From: Candidatus Woesearchaeota archaeon
GTDB taxonomy: Archaea > Nanobdellota > Nanobdellia > SCGC-AAA011-G17 > JACPNG01
NCBI GenBank assembly: GCA_964455655.1
Contig: CAYVWZ010000002.1
Location: forward strand, 24,502 to 88,501
Reading direction: 5' to 3'
DNA: 64,000 nt
A model generated the notes under the pieces. It had not been told where the DNA came from. It saw only the letters and a list, made by a program, of their open reading frames with translations, and ran no database searches. Both the position numbers and the translations under genes were made by a program. Below, in pieces: positions 10,375 through 19,023 of the stretch. Positions within the stretch are counted from its first letter, which is position 1. Every line of letters begins with the position of its first letter.

Positions 10375-10830
10375 TTGATGTACTACACCCACCTCTTAGT
10401 GGGCATTTTTGTTAGCGTTCTCGCAATAAAACTCTTTGAACTAAGTCATCCTCTATGGTTTGTTATAGCAGTATTATTCGGGAGCATCTTTGTTGATATC
10501 GACGAAACACAGAGCTTCATTGGACGAAGAACAAAACCCTTATCATGGATCATCAAAGCATTGTTTGGACATAGAGGATTATTCCACAGCGTATTCATGG
10601 CAGCTGCAATAGCCTATGGATGGTATTATTTTATAGGAATAGAAGTAGCTCTAGGATTTTTAGCAGGATATGTAGGGCATTTACTCTCAGATGGGATTAC
10701 ACAGGGAGGAGTAAGAATATTTTATCCTTTAAGCACGTACGAAATAAGAGGATTTGTGCGTGTTGGAGGAATATTTGAAGCATTTCTCTTTATTGGCATT
10801 GCAATCGTTACTCTCATCTTGATTATTTAG
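10375..10830 (+). CDS. membrane-bound metal-dependent hydrolase family protein (YdjM/DUF457-like)
   Basis: His/Asp-containing TM segments (HLLVGIF...DIDE...FGHRGLFHS...HLLSDG). Confidence 0.45.
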   Translation: MMYYTHLLVGIFVSVLAIKLFELSHPLWFVIAVLFGSIFVDIDETQSFIGRRTKPLSWIIKALFGHRGLFHSVFMAAAIAYGWYYFIGIEVALGFLAGYVGHLLSDGITQGGVRIFYPLSTYEIRGFVRVGGIFEAFLFIGIAIVTLILII

Positions 10831-10870
10831 TACACGAATGTTTATATGAAAGTTATGCCCCCTATAATTT

Positions 10871-11173
10871 ATGAGAGGCTCTCGACTCGCCATACTTTCC
10901 TTTGGCTTGGCTAGTTTAGTAAACTGCACCGTTCATACAACTACTCAAGATTATCTGTATCAATATAATATGAAACTTCCTCCTACTACTTGTACAAGAT
11001 TAAGCCACAAAATATATACTCCTCTTGAGCCATCACCAGAACACGCGAGCAATCCTCAAAGAGAAACTGATACACAACCAAAGACTCGTGTTGATGAGTA
11101 TACTCTTGAATTTTGCGTGCCTGAACTAACAGATTATGAAACTTATGATTCTTCGAGAAAGCCAGAAATCTAG
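10871..11173 (+). CDS. hypothetical protein (weak)
   Basis: 100-aa ORF in a slightly GC-elevated stretch. No motif recognised. Confidence 0.15.
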   Translation: MRGSRLAILSFGLASLVNCTVHTTTQDYLYQYNMKLPPTTCTRLSHKIYTPLEPSPEHASNPQRETDTQPKTRVDEYTLEFCVPELTDYETYDSSRKPEI

Positions 11174-11225
11174 AATTATATTTTTTAGTAGATAGATTAA
11201 TGTCACATTGCCAAGTGCACACAGT

Positions 11226-11244
11226 GCTTATAAATCGTATAAGC
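11226..11244 (+). promoter_or_regulatory. perfect hairpin/palindrome GCTTATA-AATCG-TATAAGC containing a TATA-like TTATAAA
   Basis: Inverted repeat seen directly in the intergenic region upstream of the radA unit. Confidence 0.3.
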
Positions 11245-11281
11245 TGTATAGACACTAGTTAGCCAAAAACTAACACCTCAT

Positions 11282-11301
11282 TGAAACAAAAACCGAAAGG
11301 A
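11282..11301 (+). repeat. 20-nt direct repeat tgaaacaaaaaccgaaagga (copy 1), followed by a purine-rich RBS and a 14-codon mini-ORF
   Basis: Identical 20-mer seen again at 11371-11390. Confidence 0.6.
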
Positions 11302-11370
11302 AGAGGTAGGAATTCCAATGATAGTTGGAAAACCTTCAAGAATTCTTGCCATTCTTTCTTAAGGAACATA

Positions 11371-11390
11371 TGAAACAAAAACCGAAAGGA
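11371..11390 (+). repeat. 20-nt direct repeat tgaaacaaaaaccgaaagga (copy 2), followed by an RBS and the ATG at 11408
   Basis: Identical to 11282-11301. Confidence 0.6.
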
Positions 11391-11407
11391 CAAAGGAGCT
11401 GAATACC

Positions 11408-11680
11408 ATGCAAGGACAAAAACCTGTAAAAAAATATCGCTCAGGAAGTTTTGAATTAGCTTTCTGGGAAAATGAAAGAGCAGTCAATGACAGCTTAGTA
11501 ACATTCACTACCCTAAGCTTAAGCAAGAGCTTTAAGAAAAAGGGAGACGACACATGGAGATCAGAAGTCATGCACATTCGAAGAATGGACTTACCAAAAA
11601 TTTTAATCCTCCTCCAAAAAGGAATGGAAGACTTGTATCTCACCGACAACGACAGAGACGATATTGAAACGGAGGACTAA
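11408..11680 (+). CDS. small conserved protein immediately upstream of radA, possibly a PC4-like ssDNA-binding fold
   Basis: 90 aa with an AGGAG RBS. Its stop lies 3 nt before the radA ATG. The segment FELAFWENERAV...VTFTTLSLSKSFKKKGDDTWRSEVMHIRRMDLPKI loosely resembles the PC4/Sub1 C-terminal domain. Confidence 0.4.
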   Translation: MQGQKPVKKYRSGSFELAFWENERAVNDSLVTFTTLSLSKSFKKKGDDTWRSEVMHIRRMDLPKILILLQKGMEDLYLTDNDRDDIETED

Positions 11681-11683
11681 GCA

Positions 11684-12649
11684 ATGGCAAAAGAAAAAAT
11701 AGCTCTCGAAAGCGATGTTAGCGTTCAAGACTTACCAGGAGTAGGCGCAGCAACTGCAGAAAAATTAGCAGAAGCAGGATACGATAACCTCATGAGTATT
11801 GCCGTAGCAAGCCCAGGACAAATCGTAGAAGCATCAGGTGTTGGAGAAGCAGTAGCAAGAAAAATCATCAAAGCAGCACGTGATAAATTAGACATGGGAT
11901 TTGAGTCAGGAACAGCACTTCTTGAAAGAAGATTGAACATTGTTAAAATAAGCACTGGCCACAAAGATTTTGATAACTTACTTGGCGGAGGATTCGAATC
12001 AGGAAGTATTAGCGAATGCTTCGGAGAATTTGGATCAAGCAAGACACAAGTAGCACATGTCTTAGCAGTACAAGTACAAAAACCAAGAGATGGACTACCG
12101 CCCGGAAAAGCAATCTACATTGATAGCGAAGGAGCATTCAGACCAGAGAGAATAGTTCAACTCGCAAAAGGAGCAGGACTAGATCCTGAAGAAGCTCTAA
12201 AAAATATTCATGTTGCAAGAGCATTCAACAGCGACCATCAAATGCTCTTAGCAGAGAAAGCAGAAGACCTCTTGAAGAAAGATAAGACTATTAGATTGTT
12301 AGTTGTCGATAGTTTAACAAGCCACTTCAGAGCAGACTTTGTTGGACGAGGACAATTAGCAGATAGACAACAAAAACTCAACAAACACATGCACGTACTC
12401 ATGAGACTAGCAAATCAGTATAATGTATGTGTATATGTGACAAACCAAGTTATGGCAAAACCTGATATGTTCTTCGGAGATCCGACAGCAGCTATTGGTG
12501 GAAACATTGTTGGGCATAACTCTTCAACAAGAGTCTACCTCCGAAAAGGAAAGAAAGGAAGTAGAGTTGCAAGACTTATTGATAGTCCTCACCTCCAAGA
12601 TGGTGAGTGCGCATTTATGGTAACAGAAGAGGGATTAAAAGAAGTTTAA
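11684..12649 (+). CDS. radA: DNA repair and recombination protein RadA (archaeal Rad51/RecA homolog)
   Basis: N-terminal HhH region LPGVGAATAEKLAEAGY. Walker A-like GEFGSSKTQ, Walker B LLVVDS. About 320 aa. GGAGG RBS. Confidence 0.9.
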   Translation: MAKEKIALESDVSVQDLPGVGAATAEKLAEAGYDNLMSIAVASPGQIVEASGVGEAVARKIIKAARDKLDMGFESGTALLERRLNIVKISTGHKDFDNLLGGGFESGSISECFGEFGSSKTQVAHVLAVQVQKPRDGLPPGKAIYIDSEGAFRPERIVQLAKGAGLDPEEALKNIHVARAFNSDHQMLLAEKAEDLLKKDKTIRLLVVDSLTSHFRADFVGRGQLADRQQKLNKHMHVLMRLANQYNVCVYVTNQVMAKPDMFFGDPTAAIGGNIVGHNSSTRVYLRKGKKGSRVARLIDSPHLQDGECAFMVTEEGLKEV

Positions 12650-12663
12650 TCTCTTCTATTTTT

Positions 12664-13134
12664 TTATTTTATAATATACTCAATATGTTTTTCTAATTCT
12701 TTCGGTATTTCAAAACTATTTACACTATCCATTCGAGCAATTACAAAGGGAGCCCATGCTCTTTCTATAATCTTTGCAAACCAATGGTCAGGAATAGTAA
12801 TACCCGCCTTATTCTCTTGCAAGATCTCTTTTACAATCACATCCCTTTTTATTTCAAGAAGGATTACATCTTGGCTTGGAAGTTTTTTTAATGTTTTCCG
12901 AGATTCATCATTGACACGAAAGTTTGCATCAATCCACTCACGATTCGGAGCAATAATTGAGAGAGGAATGTTTGGCAGTACTTTACAAATAGTATGAACT
13001 GATTCTGCGTTACGTGCATCACACCCAAGAACATAGAACTCATTCATGCTATATGCAAAAATTTTCCCATCAATAATTTCTTCAACATAAAATTCACTCT
13101 TATCGAGAATTTCCTTTTTTGAAATAGGTTTCAT
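12664..13134 (-). CDS. YrdC/Sua5-domain protein (threonylcarbamoyl-AMP synthase family), short form
   Basis: IFAYSMNEFYVLGCDARNAESVHTICKV...LSIIAP matches the YrdC VIAYPTEAVFGVGCD...LILIAA region. Shorter than typical YrdC. Confidence 0.45.
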   Translation of the reverse strand: MKPISKKEILDKSEFYVEEIIDGKIFAYSMNEFYVLGCDARNAESVHTICKVLPNIPLSIIAPNREWIDANFRVNDESRKTLKKLPSQDVILLEIKRDVIVKEILQENKAGITIPDHWFAKIIERAWAPFVIARMDSVNSFEIPKELEKHIEYIIK

Positions 13135-13165
13135 TGTTACAACTTTTTATGTCGGGTTTAAGAAA

Positions 13166-13489
13166 TTAATGTAATGTTCTTGCTTCTGCAGGAGGCAATT
13201 TTGGGAATTGTGGAATTGCTGGCACTTTGCTATTACCCTCATCTGAATCATCTTCTGCTCCTTCATCACATGAAGGGATCTTATACAGTGGAGGGGGAAG
13301 TGGCGTTTCAGGAGGTCTTCTATTTCTAGGAATATCTGGATGTATAATCGCTTCTAAATTAGGGCTTTCTCCTAGAGGGTCCCATGGCCATGGTCTAGAA
13401 GGCTGCGCAGGCTCATTATTTGATATGATTGTGATATCGTATATAGGAGGATATCCTCTCTCATAGCCAAATGGGTTGTCAGGAATCAT
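13166..13489 (-). CDS. hypothetical proline-rich protein (uncertain)
   Basis: 107-aa Pro-rich ORF in a GC-elevated segment. A competing Ser/Gly-rich ORF sits on the opposite strand, so the coding strand is uncertain. Confidence 0.2.
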   Translation of the reverse strand: MIPDNPFGYERGYPPIYDITIISNNEPAQPSRPWPWDPLGESPNLEAIIHPDIPRNRRPPETPLPPPLYKIPSCDEGAEDDSDEGNSKVPAIPQFPKLPPAEARTLH

Positions 13490-13587
13490 GGTGCAGTTCT
13501 CAGCGGGAAGAGGAACTTCTATAAAAGAGTTATTGTCACTTTATGTAAGTAGTAACAAATGGAAAGGTTTAAAAGGCTACAAACTAC

Positions 13588-14367
13588 ATGCCAGACAAAG
13601 AGAGGAACACTATGTCAAGTAATGACCCTATAGGAATTGAACATCTTTTAGATGATAGCACAGATCCATTCATGACCGCTCATCAAACTGTCGATCGCGC
13701 TTTTGACAAACTTGCTACATTAATACCAAGAAATCTTAGAACTCAAGCATTCTCTATTTTAGCTCAAGCACGCGATGCACACGAAACACAAAGAAAAACA
13801 TATGGAGAACGACGTGTTGAAGCAATAGTTGATCCACTCACTAGAGTCTTTAACAAAAAAGGTTATCATGAAGTAGGCGATCTATGGTTAAGCGCTGCTC
13901 AAGATCTCTATAGAGAATCAGGACAACAACTTACTGGTGCTTTAAGTGTTCTAGATCTTAATTACTTTAAAAATATTAATGATAGATATGGTCACGCAGT
14001 AGGGGACGAATTACTTTCAAACGTAGGACAAGCACTTAATGAAGTTACACGATCTACAGATACACCTCTTCGAGTAAAAACACGAGAAGCAGCAGCACGC
14101 ACTGGAGGGGACGAGTTCGCAATCCTTCTTTTAGCAATACCTGTCCAAGGGCATGAAACAGTGCTCAGCAACGTACAAGACCGTATCAATAGAAGAACTG
14201 CACAATTATTTAGTCAGAGTCATCCTCAAATTTATGCTGATAACACCACTCACTTAAACGCTATTGCAAGTATGGGCAGCGCAGTCTACGGCCCTGATGG
14301 AGAAGACCTTTTTGATCTCTTTAAAGTAGCTGACAGAAATCTCTATAAAGTTAAAGCAAAGCGCTAA
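13588..14367 (+). CDS. GGDEF domain protein (putative diguanylate cyclase), no obvious sensor domain
   Basis: DPLTRVFN...LSVLDLNYFKNINDRYGHAVGDELL...RTGGDEFAILL...ADRNLYKVKA carries the GGDEF hallmarks with an intact GGDEF motif. No RxxD I-site. Confidence 0.75.
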   Translation: MPDKERNTMSSNDPIGIEHLLDDSTDPFMTAHQTVDRAFDKLATLIPRNLRTQAFSILAQARDAHETQRKTYGERRVEAIVDPLTRVFNKKGYHEVGDLWLSAAQDLYRESGQQLTGALSVLDLNYFKNINDRYGHAVGDELLSNVGQALNEVTRSTDTPLRVKTREAAARTGGDEFAILLLAIPVQGHETVLSNVQDRINRRTAQLFSQSHPQIYADNTTHLNAIASMGSAVYGPDGEDLFDLFKVADRNLYKVKAKR

Positions 14368-14403
14368 CATAACTCTTATAAAATCTCAACTCATAATAAT
14401 TTT

Positions 14404-15126
14404 GTGAACACACTGAAAGCGTTCTGGCAAGAACTCAAAGAAGACTTACGAAAGAATACTCTCGTAAAAACATTATTCTTTCTTGGGATTATCCTTATCG
14501 GACTAGCATTCTTAAACAGCTTTTTAACATTTATAACAACAGCACTAAACCTGCCCTTACGAATATTACTTCTTCTCTTCTCATTCTTCTTGGTTGTAAG
14601 TCTCATCAGAAAAAAAGGAAGAACAGTGCAGGATTATCTTATTACCATTTCAATTATTTTTATTTCACTTATTTATCCAACCATCGCACAGAACAATGAA
14701 CATCTCATAGGAAATGCAATACTCATTAGTATTACCATATTTTTAACACTAGCAATAATTATCCTATGGAACTTAGCAAAGAAAAGTACAAAAGTAAACA
14801 GAAAGAGAATATCATTTATTTCAATTATAATGTTAGTATTCTTTATTATAACACTCTACAGTTGGATATACACACTATTAATCGTAACAGGATCTGAAGG
14901 AGGACTGCGATTCGGAGGATGCGACGATTCTCTCACCATACCACCTCAGCTCAACGCAAATGAACATACTTTCTATTACAGCGCGATAACCTACACTACT
15001 GTAGGCTATGGAGACATTTGCCCACAAGGAAAGAGATTCAGAACTATTGCAGCACTAGAAGCAATAACAGGAATATTATCAATACCCACATTCTTCTATG
15101 TTATAACACGTGGAGATGAAGAATAA
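14404..15126 (+). CDS. potassium channel family protein (TVGYGD selectivity filter)
   Basis: Multiple TM helices and the pore signature TTVGYGDICP. GTG start in the track. Confidence 0.65.
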   Translation: MNTLKAFWQELKEDLRKNTLVKTLFFLGIILIGLAFLNSFLTFITTALNLPLRILLLLFSFFLVVSLIRKKGRTVQDYLITISIIFISLIYPTIAQNNEHLIGNAILISITIFLTLAIIILWNLAKKSTKVNRKRISFISIIMLVFFIITLYSWIYTLLIVTGSEGGLRFGGCDDSLTIPPQLNANEHTFYYSAITYTTVGYGDICPQGKRFRTIAALEAITGILSIPTFFYVITRGDEE

Positions 15127-15129
15127 AAA

Positions 15130-15202
15130 TGCCCCCGCTGGGATTCGAACCCAGGTCACAAGCTCCGCAAGCTCGTATTCTATCCAACTATACTACAGGG
15201 GC
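15130..15202 (-). tRNA. tRNA-Arg (anticodon GCG)
   Basis: Reverse complement GCCCCTG...GGGTTCGAATCCC...CGGGGGC-A. Acceptor stem is 7 bp and the T-arm is perfect. Anticodon loop UUGCGGA. The D-stem folds only with one mismatch. Confidence 0.75.
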
Positions 15203-15269
15203 GTCAAACTGCTTCATTTAGAGGCTTTATTAACATTATTACCCCCGCAAAACCTTTATAAAGAGCTCT

Positions 15270-15458
15270 TTGACAGGCATCCCTATGAAAACATCATACA
15301 AATCAACTGCATCCAAAATCGAAATCATCAACGATTCTGGAAGCACACGATTCAAGTGCCCAAGCTGTAAAGAAGGAGATATTGTTAGAACACTCCACGA
15401 AAGAAAGCTTGCAACAAAGTACACTTGCCCAAAATGCGGCTTTGAAGGACCAAACTAA
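15270..15458 (+). CDS. C4 zinc-ribbon protein (conserved neighbour of aEF-1beta)
   Basis: CPSC...CPKC pairs. Immediately upstream of ef1b, as in many archaea. Confidence 0.5.
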   Translation: MTGIPMKTSYKSTASKIEIINDSGSTRFKCPSCKEGDIVRTLHERKLATKYTCPKCGFEGPN

Positions 15459-15734
15459 ATGGCAGATGTCATTATCGTATTACAAGTTCGCCTTGAAAGC
15501 CCAGAAGTAGATCCTAACTCCGTAATCAAAAAAGCAAGCGAAATTCTTACCACTGGCGGAGCAAAAGTCCACGAAAGTAAAGTAGAACCACTCGCATTCG
15601 GCCTCAAACAAGTATTAATCACCTTCTCACGAGATGAAAACAAAGGATCAGTTGATGACCTTGAAGAAGAAATATCATCCCTAGACGAAGTCATGAGCAC
15701 AGAAGTTATTGGAATTAGCAGATCACTTAACTAA
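15459..15734 (+). CDS. ef1b: translation elongation factor aEF-1 beta
   Basis: About 90 aa: MADVIIVLQVRLESPEVD...LAFGLKQVLITF...SVDDLEEEISSLDEV matches the archaeal EF-1beta pattern. Confidence 0.75.
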   Translation: MADVIIVLQVRLESPEVDPNSVIKKASEILTTGGAKVHESKVEPLAFGLKQVLITFSRDENKGSVDDLEEEISSLDEVMSTEVIGISRSLN

Positions 15735-15776
15735 AACTGAGAAAAGCTTATAACTTTCTTAAAAAAATATAATTTT

Positions 15777-16235
15777 ATGATCCATAAGCACAATTTACTA
15801 GACTTTCTAAAATCACAGAAATTAATGGCCATAGCTTCAAGAGGGGATGATTTGTGGATAACTAATATATTTTATGGTGTTGATGATAACTTCAAAATAT
15901 ATTTTGTAAGCAACTCAGAAAGAAAACACAGTAAACAAATAAAAGAAAATCCAGAAGTTGCATTTTCTGTTGCGTGGTATAATCCAAAAGACCACAAAGA
16001 TAGGAAAGGAATACAGGGTCAAGGAACTTGCAGAGTGGCAACATCTGATGAAGAAATAACAAAAGGAATACAAATCCATAATGAACTATATCCGGAATTT
16101 GCAGAACGTATAGTTGTAGCTTGGATAAAAAGCAAACTAAACAATTCCCATGTATACATCATAGACCCAAAATACATCAAATACTGGGATGATAATCTAT
16201 ACGGCACTGATGGCACCGAAGAATTTAATTTTTAG
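15777..16235 (+). CDS. pyridoxamine 5'-phosphate oxidase-like FMN-binding family protein
   Basis: PNPOx/general-stress-26-like pattern (MAIASRGDDLW...YFVSNSERKHSKQIKENPEVAFSV). Confidence 0.45.
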   Translation: MIHKHNLLDFLKSQKLMAIASRGDDLWITNIFYGVDDNFKIYFVSNSERKHSKQIKENPEVAFSVAWYNPKDHKDRKGIQGQGTCRVATSDEEITKGIQIHNELYPEFAERIVVAWIKSKLNNSHVYIIDPKYIKYWDDNLYGTDGTEEFNF

Positions 16236-16944
16236 AGTATAAACACTTCTCTATAACTTTAAGATATTCTTTAGTTAATCCACCCAACCTAAAAATACCA
16301 ACCTCATTAATCCCCAGAGTTTTACACATTTCTAAATCATGACGCAATCCTTGAGGAGATAGAATAGGCTCTCTACCATTAATTCCTGGAGCAATACATC
16401 CTAAATAAATTACGAGACGATCACCATATGCATCATGCAATTGCTTAACTATATTCGTTGCATCAATAGGAATTGATTTTGTATAGACCATCTTACTCAC
16501 TTTATATCTCCCTTTAACAGAACTTACTAATCCAAGAACTTTCAACCATTTCGAAGTAGGATATTCAGCAGTATACACACCCCTATGAGCATTCAAAAAC
16601 TTTCTTAATAGTCTCTTATTATGAGAAAAATCAAATACATTCAACAACAACCACTTATTTCTTGGAAATTCAAGATCAATTAACACACGATCAGCTCTTG
16701 AAGAATCACGCAATACGCGTTTTAATATTTTAGAAGGAACAAATGGAGATAACCAATACCCCTGCTTCCTTGGAAGAATAGGCCAATACGCAAATTCAAT
16801 ATTCTTCTGAGAATATTTCTTTTCTAACATCCTAAACTGATCATAAGAATATGCAGCAACAAAGAGCATTGATTGAAATTTTATTAATCTTAATTTATTC
16901 ATATTCTCTTCTGTAGGAAACTCTTCGAAAAACATAATCTTCAT
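16225..16944 (-). CDS. hypothetical protein, co-oriented with and overlapping the GT2 gene
   Basis: 239 aa with no recognised motif. Its start overlaps the stop of the upstream glycosyltransferase by 4 nt. Confidence 0.4.
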   Translation of the reverse strand: MKIMFFEEFPTEENMNKLRLIKFQSMLFVAAYSYDQFRMLEKKYSQKNIEFAYWPILPRKQGYWLSPFVPSKILKRVLRDSSRADRVLIDLEFPRNKWLLLNVFDFSHNKRLLRKFLNAHRGVYTAEYPTSKWLKVLGLVSSVKGRYKVSKMVYTKSIPIDATNIVKQLHDAYGDRLVIYLGCIAPGINGREPILSPQGLRHDLEMCKTLGINEVGIFRLGGLTKEYLKVIEKCLYSKN

Positions 16945-17585
16945 CTAACAGCCTCATACTCTTCCTTTGAAGGAAAGAGATATTCACGAATCCAGAAAAA
17001 AATAGTTCCTATATACCCTTTTTTTTCATACCTTCTTGTCGAGGTAAACACCGGAGCGTGCACAACATAGAATTGACCAAACTTTCTCGCATTACGTAAG
17101 AACTTACCATCTTCAGCTTTTGAAATATGCTCATTAAACCCTCTTACTTTCTCAAAAATACCCTTTGAACAAAAAATAAGCCCAGCAGACGAATAACAAA
17201 ATTGAGTAACATACTTGAGAAAGAAATAAACCTCATCCTTTATTTTACCAGAATCAGAACCAGCGCGAGCAGTACCAAAACTACCACACTCTTTAATTTC
17301 TTTAAGAACATCCTTTGAAACTCTTGTATCCGCATCAAGAAATACTAACATATCATATTTTGCACTATGAGCACCAGCATTCCTCGCGCGAGAAACACCT
17401 CTCTCTTTTAACACAATAACCTTATCGGCTAATGCTCTTGCAATCTTTTCAGTCTTATCCGTACAACCATTACATACCACAATAATTTCATGAGCTACAG
17501 AAGAAGCCCTCACAGAACGAATAGTAGCATCTAAATATCCCTCTTCATTATAGGCAGGTATAATAACTGAAACCATATACCACAA
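16941..17585 (-). CDS. glycosyltransferase family 2
   Basis: VSVIIPAYNEEGYLDATIRS...VFLDADTRV is the GT2 N-terminal signature including the DxD. Confidence 0.8.
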   Translation of the reverse strand: MWYMVSVIIPAYNEEGYLDATIRSVRASSVAHEIIVVCNGCTDKTEKIARALADKVIVLKERGVSRARNAGAHSAKYDMLVFLDADTRVSKDVLKEIKECGSFGTARAGSDSGKIKDEVYFFLKYVTQFCYSSAGLIFCSKGIFEKVRGFNEHISKAEDGKFLRNARKFGQFYVVHAPVFTSTRRYEKKGYIGTIFFWIREYLFPSKEEYEAVR

Positions 17586-17617
17586 ATCTTAAAAAATCTT
17601 TATAAGGTTAATTACTC

Positions 17618-18253
17618 ATGAGCCTCCAGGACAAACTCAAAAATTTTGAAGCTATTCTTAAAGAAACTCCTCCAGAAAAACAACAAGAAAAACTCAACGA
17701 ACTCTTAGCAACATTAACACCTGAAGAACTAGAAGAACTACAAAAACAACAATGTGTAATATGCAACATTATTTCTGGAAAAACTCCTGCCCATATTATT
17801 TATCAAGATGAACACGTTATGGCAGCATTAGAAATAAACCCTGCAAGTGCTGGACATACCATTCTTTTCCCAAAGAAACACGCAAGCGTTTTTGCAACAC
17901 TACCAGAAGAAATTGTAGCACATGCATTCCTCGTAGCAAACAATATCGCAACAGCACAGTATGACATCCTAGAATCTGACGCAACAAATATCCATGTAGC
18001 AAATGGAGCAGCAGCAGGACAAAAACTACCACACGCAACCATCAACATAATCCCACGTTATGAAGGAGACGGAATAACATTCGAATGGACCTACGGAAAA
18101 CCAACACCTGATGAACTCAAGAAACTAAGCGAAAAACTCAAAGATAAAATCAAAACACCACAAAAACTTACCAAAGAAAAAGTTGTCGTACCACAAGAAC
18201 CAATAACTCCACCAGAGGACTTAGAACCAAGACCTCGAAGAAGAATTCCATAA
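17618..18253 (+). CDS. HIT-like protein with degenerate histidine triad, Pro/Glu-rich C-terminal tail
   Basis: CVICNIISGKTPAHIIYQDEHVMAALEINPASAGHTILFPKKH is the HIT fold N-terminal pattern. The triad region reads GQKLPHATINIIPR, with only one His. Confidence 0.5.
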   Translation: MSLQDKLKNFEAILKETPPEKQQEKLNELLATLTPEELEELQKQQCVICNIISGKTPAHIIYQDEHVMAALEINPASAGHTILFPKKHASVFATLPEEIVAHAFLVANNIATAQYDILESDATNIHVANGAAAGQKLPHATINIIPRYEGDGITFEWTYGKPTPDELKKLSEKLKDKIKTPQKLTKEKVVVPQEPITPPEDLEPRPRRRIP

Positions 18254-18285
18254 CACTTTAATACAAATCAAACACTCACATACTC

Positions 18286-19023
18286 ATGCAATCAAAGAGG
18301 AAGGGGCAAACAACCATATTTGTTACAGTAGGAATACTCATTCTTATTATCATTAGCATCGGAGTCTACTACAGAACAACACTCAAAGACGCAATCCTAC
18401 CACAAACAAATCCCACTACCTTTAGTGATGAAGAAGAAAACGTTAGAAACTATGTAGAAGAATGCTTCCAAGACGGATTACAAAATGCCGTATTCTTAAC
18501 ACAGAAACAATCAGGACATTTGTACATTTCAGGAGAGACCTTTAATCTACACGGCGCAGAAATACCCTACGCATACACCCAAAATGGAAGCCAAGTATTA
18601 AACTCTGAAAGTCTAGAATCACAGTTCCAACAATACCTCATACAACAACTCTTCCAATGCACCAAACCATTAAACGTTACCTTCGAACAACCTGCAACAA
18701 CCGTTACTATCGATACTGAAGGAGTAAACGCGCGACTCATTTACCCCTTTACCTTAAGCCTTGCACAATCAAACATACGAAATGATTACCCCTACACCTA
18801 CGCTATCAAAGTACCCCTCTATAGTTTTCTAAAAATAACTCAATCTGTAGCGGATGCACTCGTCAGTCAACCACAAGAATTTCCTCTAGGATTATTAGTT
18901 AGCCAAAATATCTTCAAAACAGAGACTGTCATACTTGACAACGCAACACTTATACAATTAACACCACTCAACGCAACAAATGAAACTTACATTATCGCTG
19001 TAGAAAATGGTGATACTCAATGA
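18286..19023 (+). CDS. archaeal type IV pilin-like protein (class III signal peptide RKGQ-TTIFV)
   Basis: [27 protein letters not shown]. Shares a conserved E-x-C-x-x region with the 45114 and 50411 proteins. Its stop overlaps the next start. Confidence 0.6.
   Translation: MQSKRKGQTTIFVTVGILILIIISIGVYYRTTLKDAILPQTNPTTFSDEEENVRNYVEECFQDGLQNAVFLTQKQSGHLYISGETFNLHGAEIPYAYTQNGSQVLNSESLESQFQQYLIQQLFQCTKPLNVTFEQPATTVTIDTEGVNARLIYPFTLSLAQSNIRNDYPYTYAIKVPLYSFLKITQSVADALVSQPQEFPLGLLVSQNIFKTETVILDNATLIQLTPLNATNETYIIAVENGDTQ

Noticed and set aside
10986-11255. 89-aa minus-strand ORF overlapping 10871..11173
   Set aside because: No RBS or promoter context and no motifs. It overlaps another weak ORF and is probably non-coding intergenic DNA.
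13227-13466. Ser/Gly-rich 79-aa ORF on the + strand, opposite the Pro-rich ORF
   Set aside because: Mutually exclusive with the minus-strand ORF 13166..13489. Neither has motif support. Only the minus-strand one, co-directional with the downstream gene, is kept, at low confidence.
17803-18048. Two antisense ORFs inside the HIT-like gene
   Set aside because: They are embedded in a motif-supported sense CDS.
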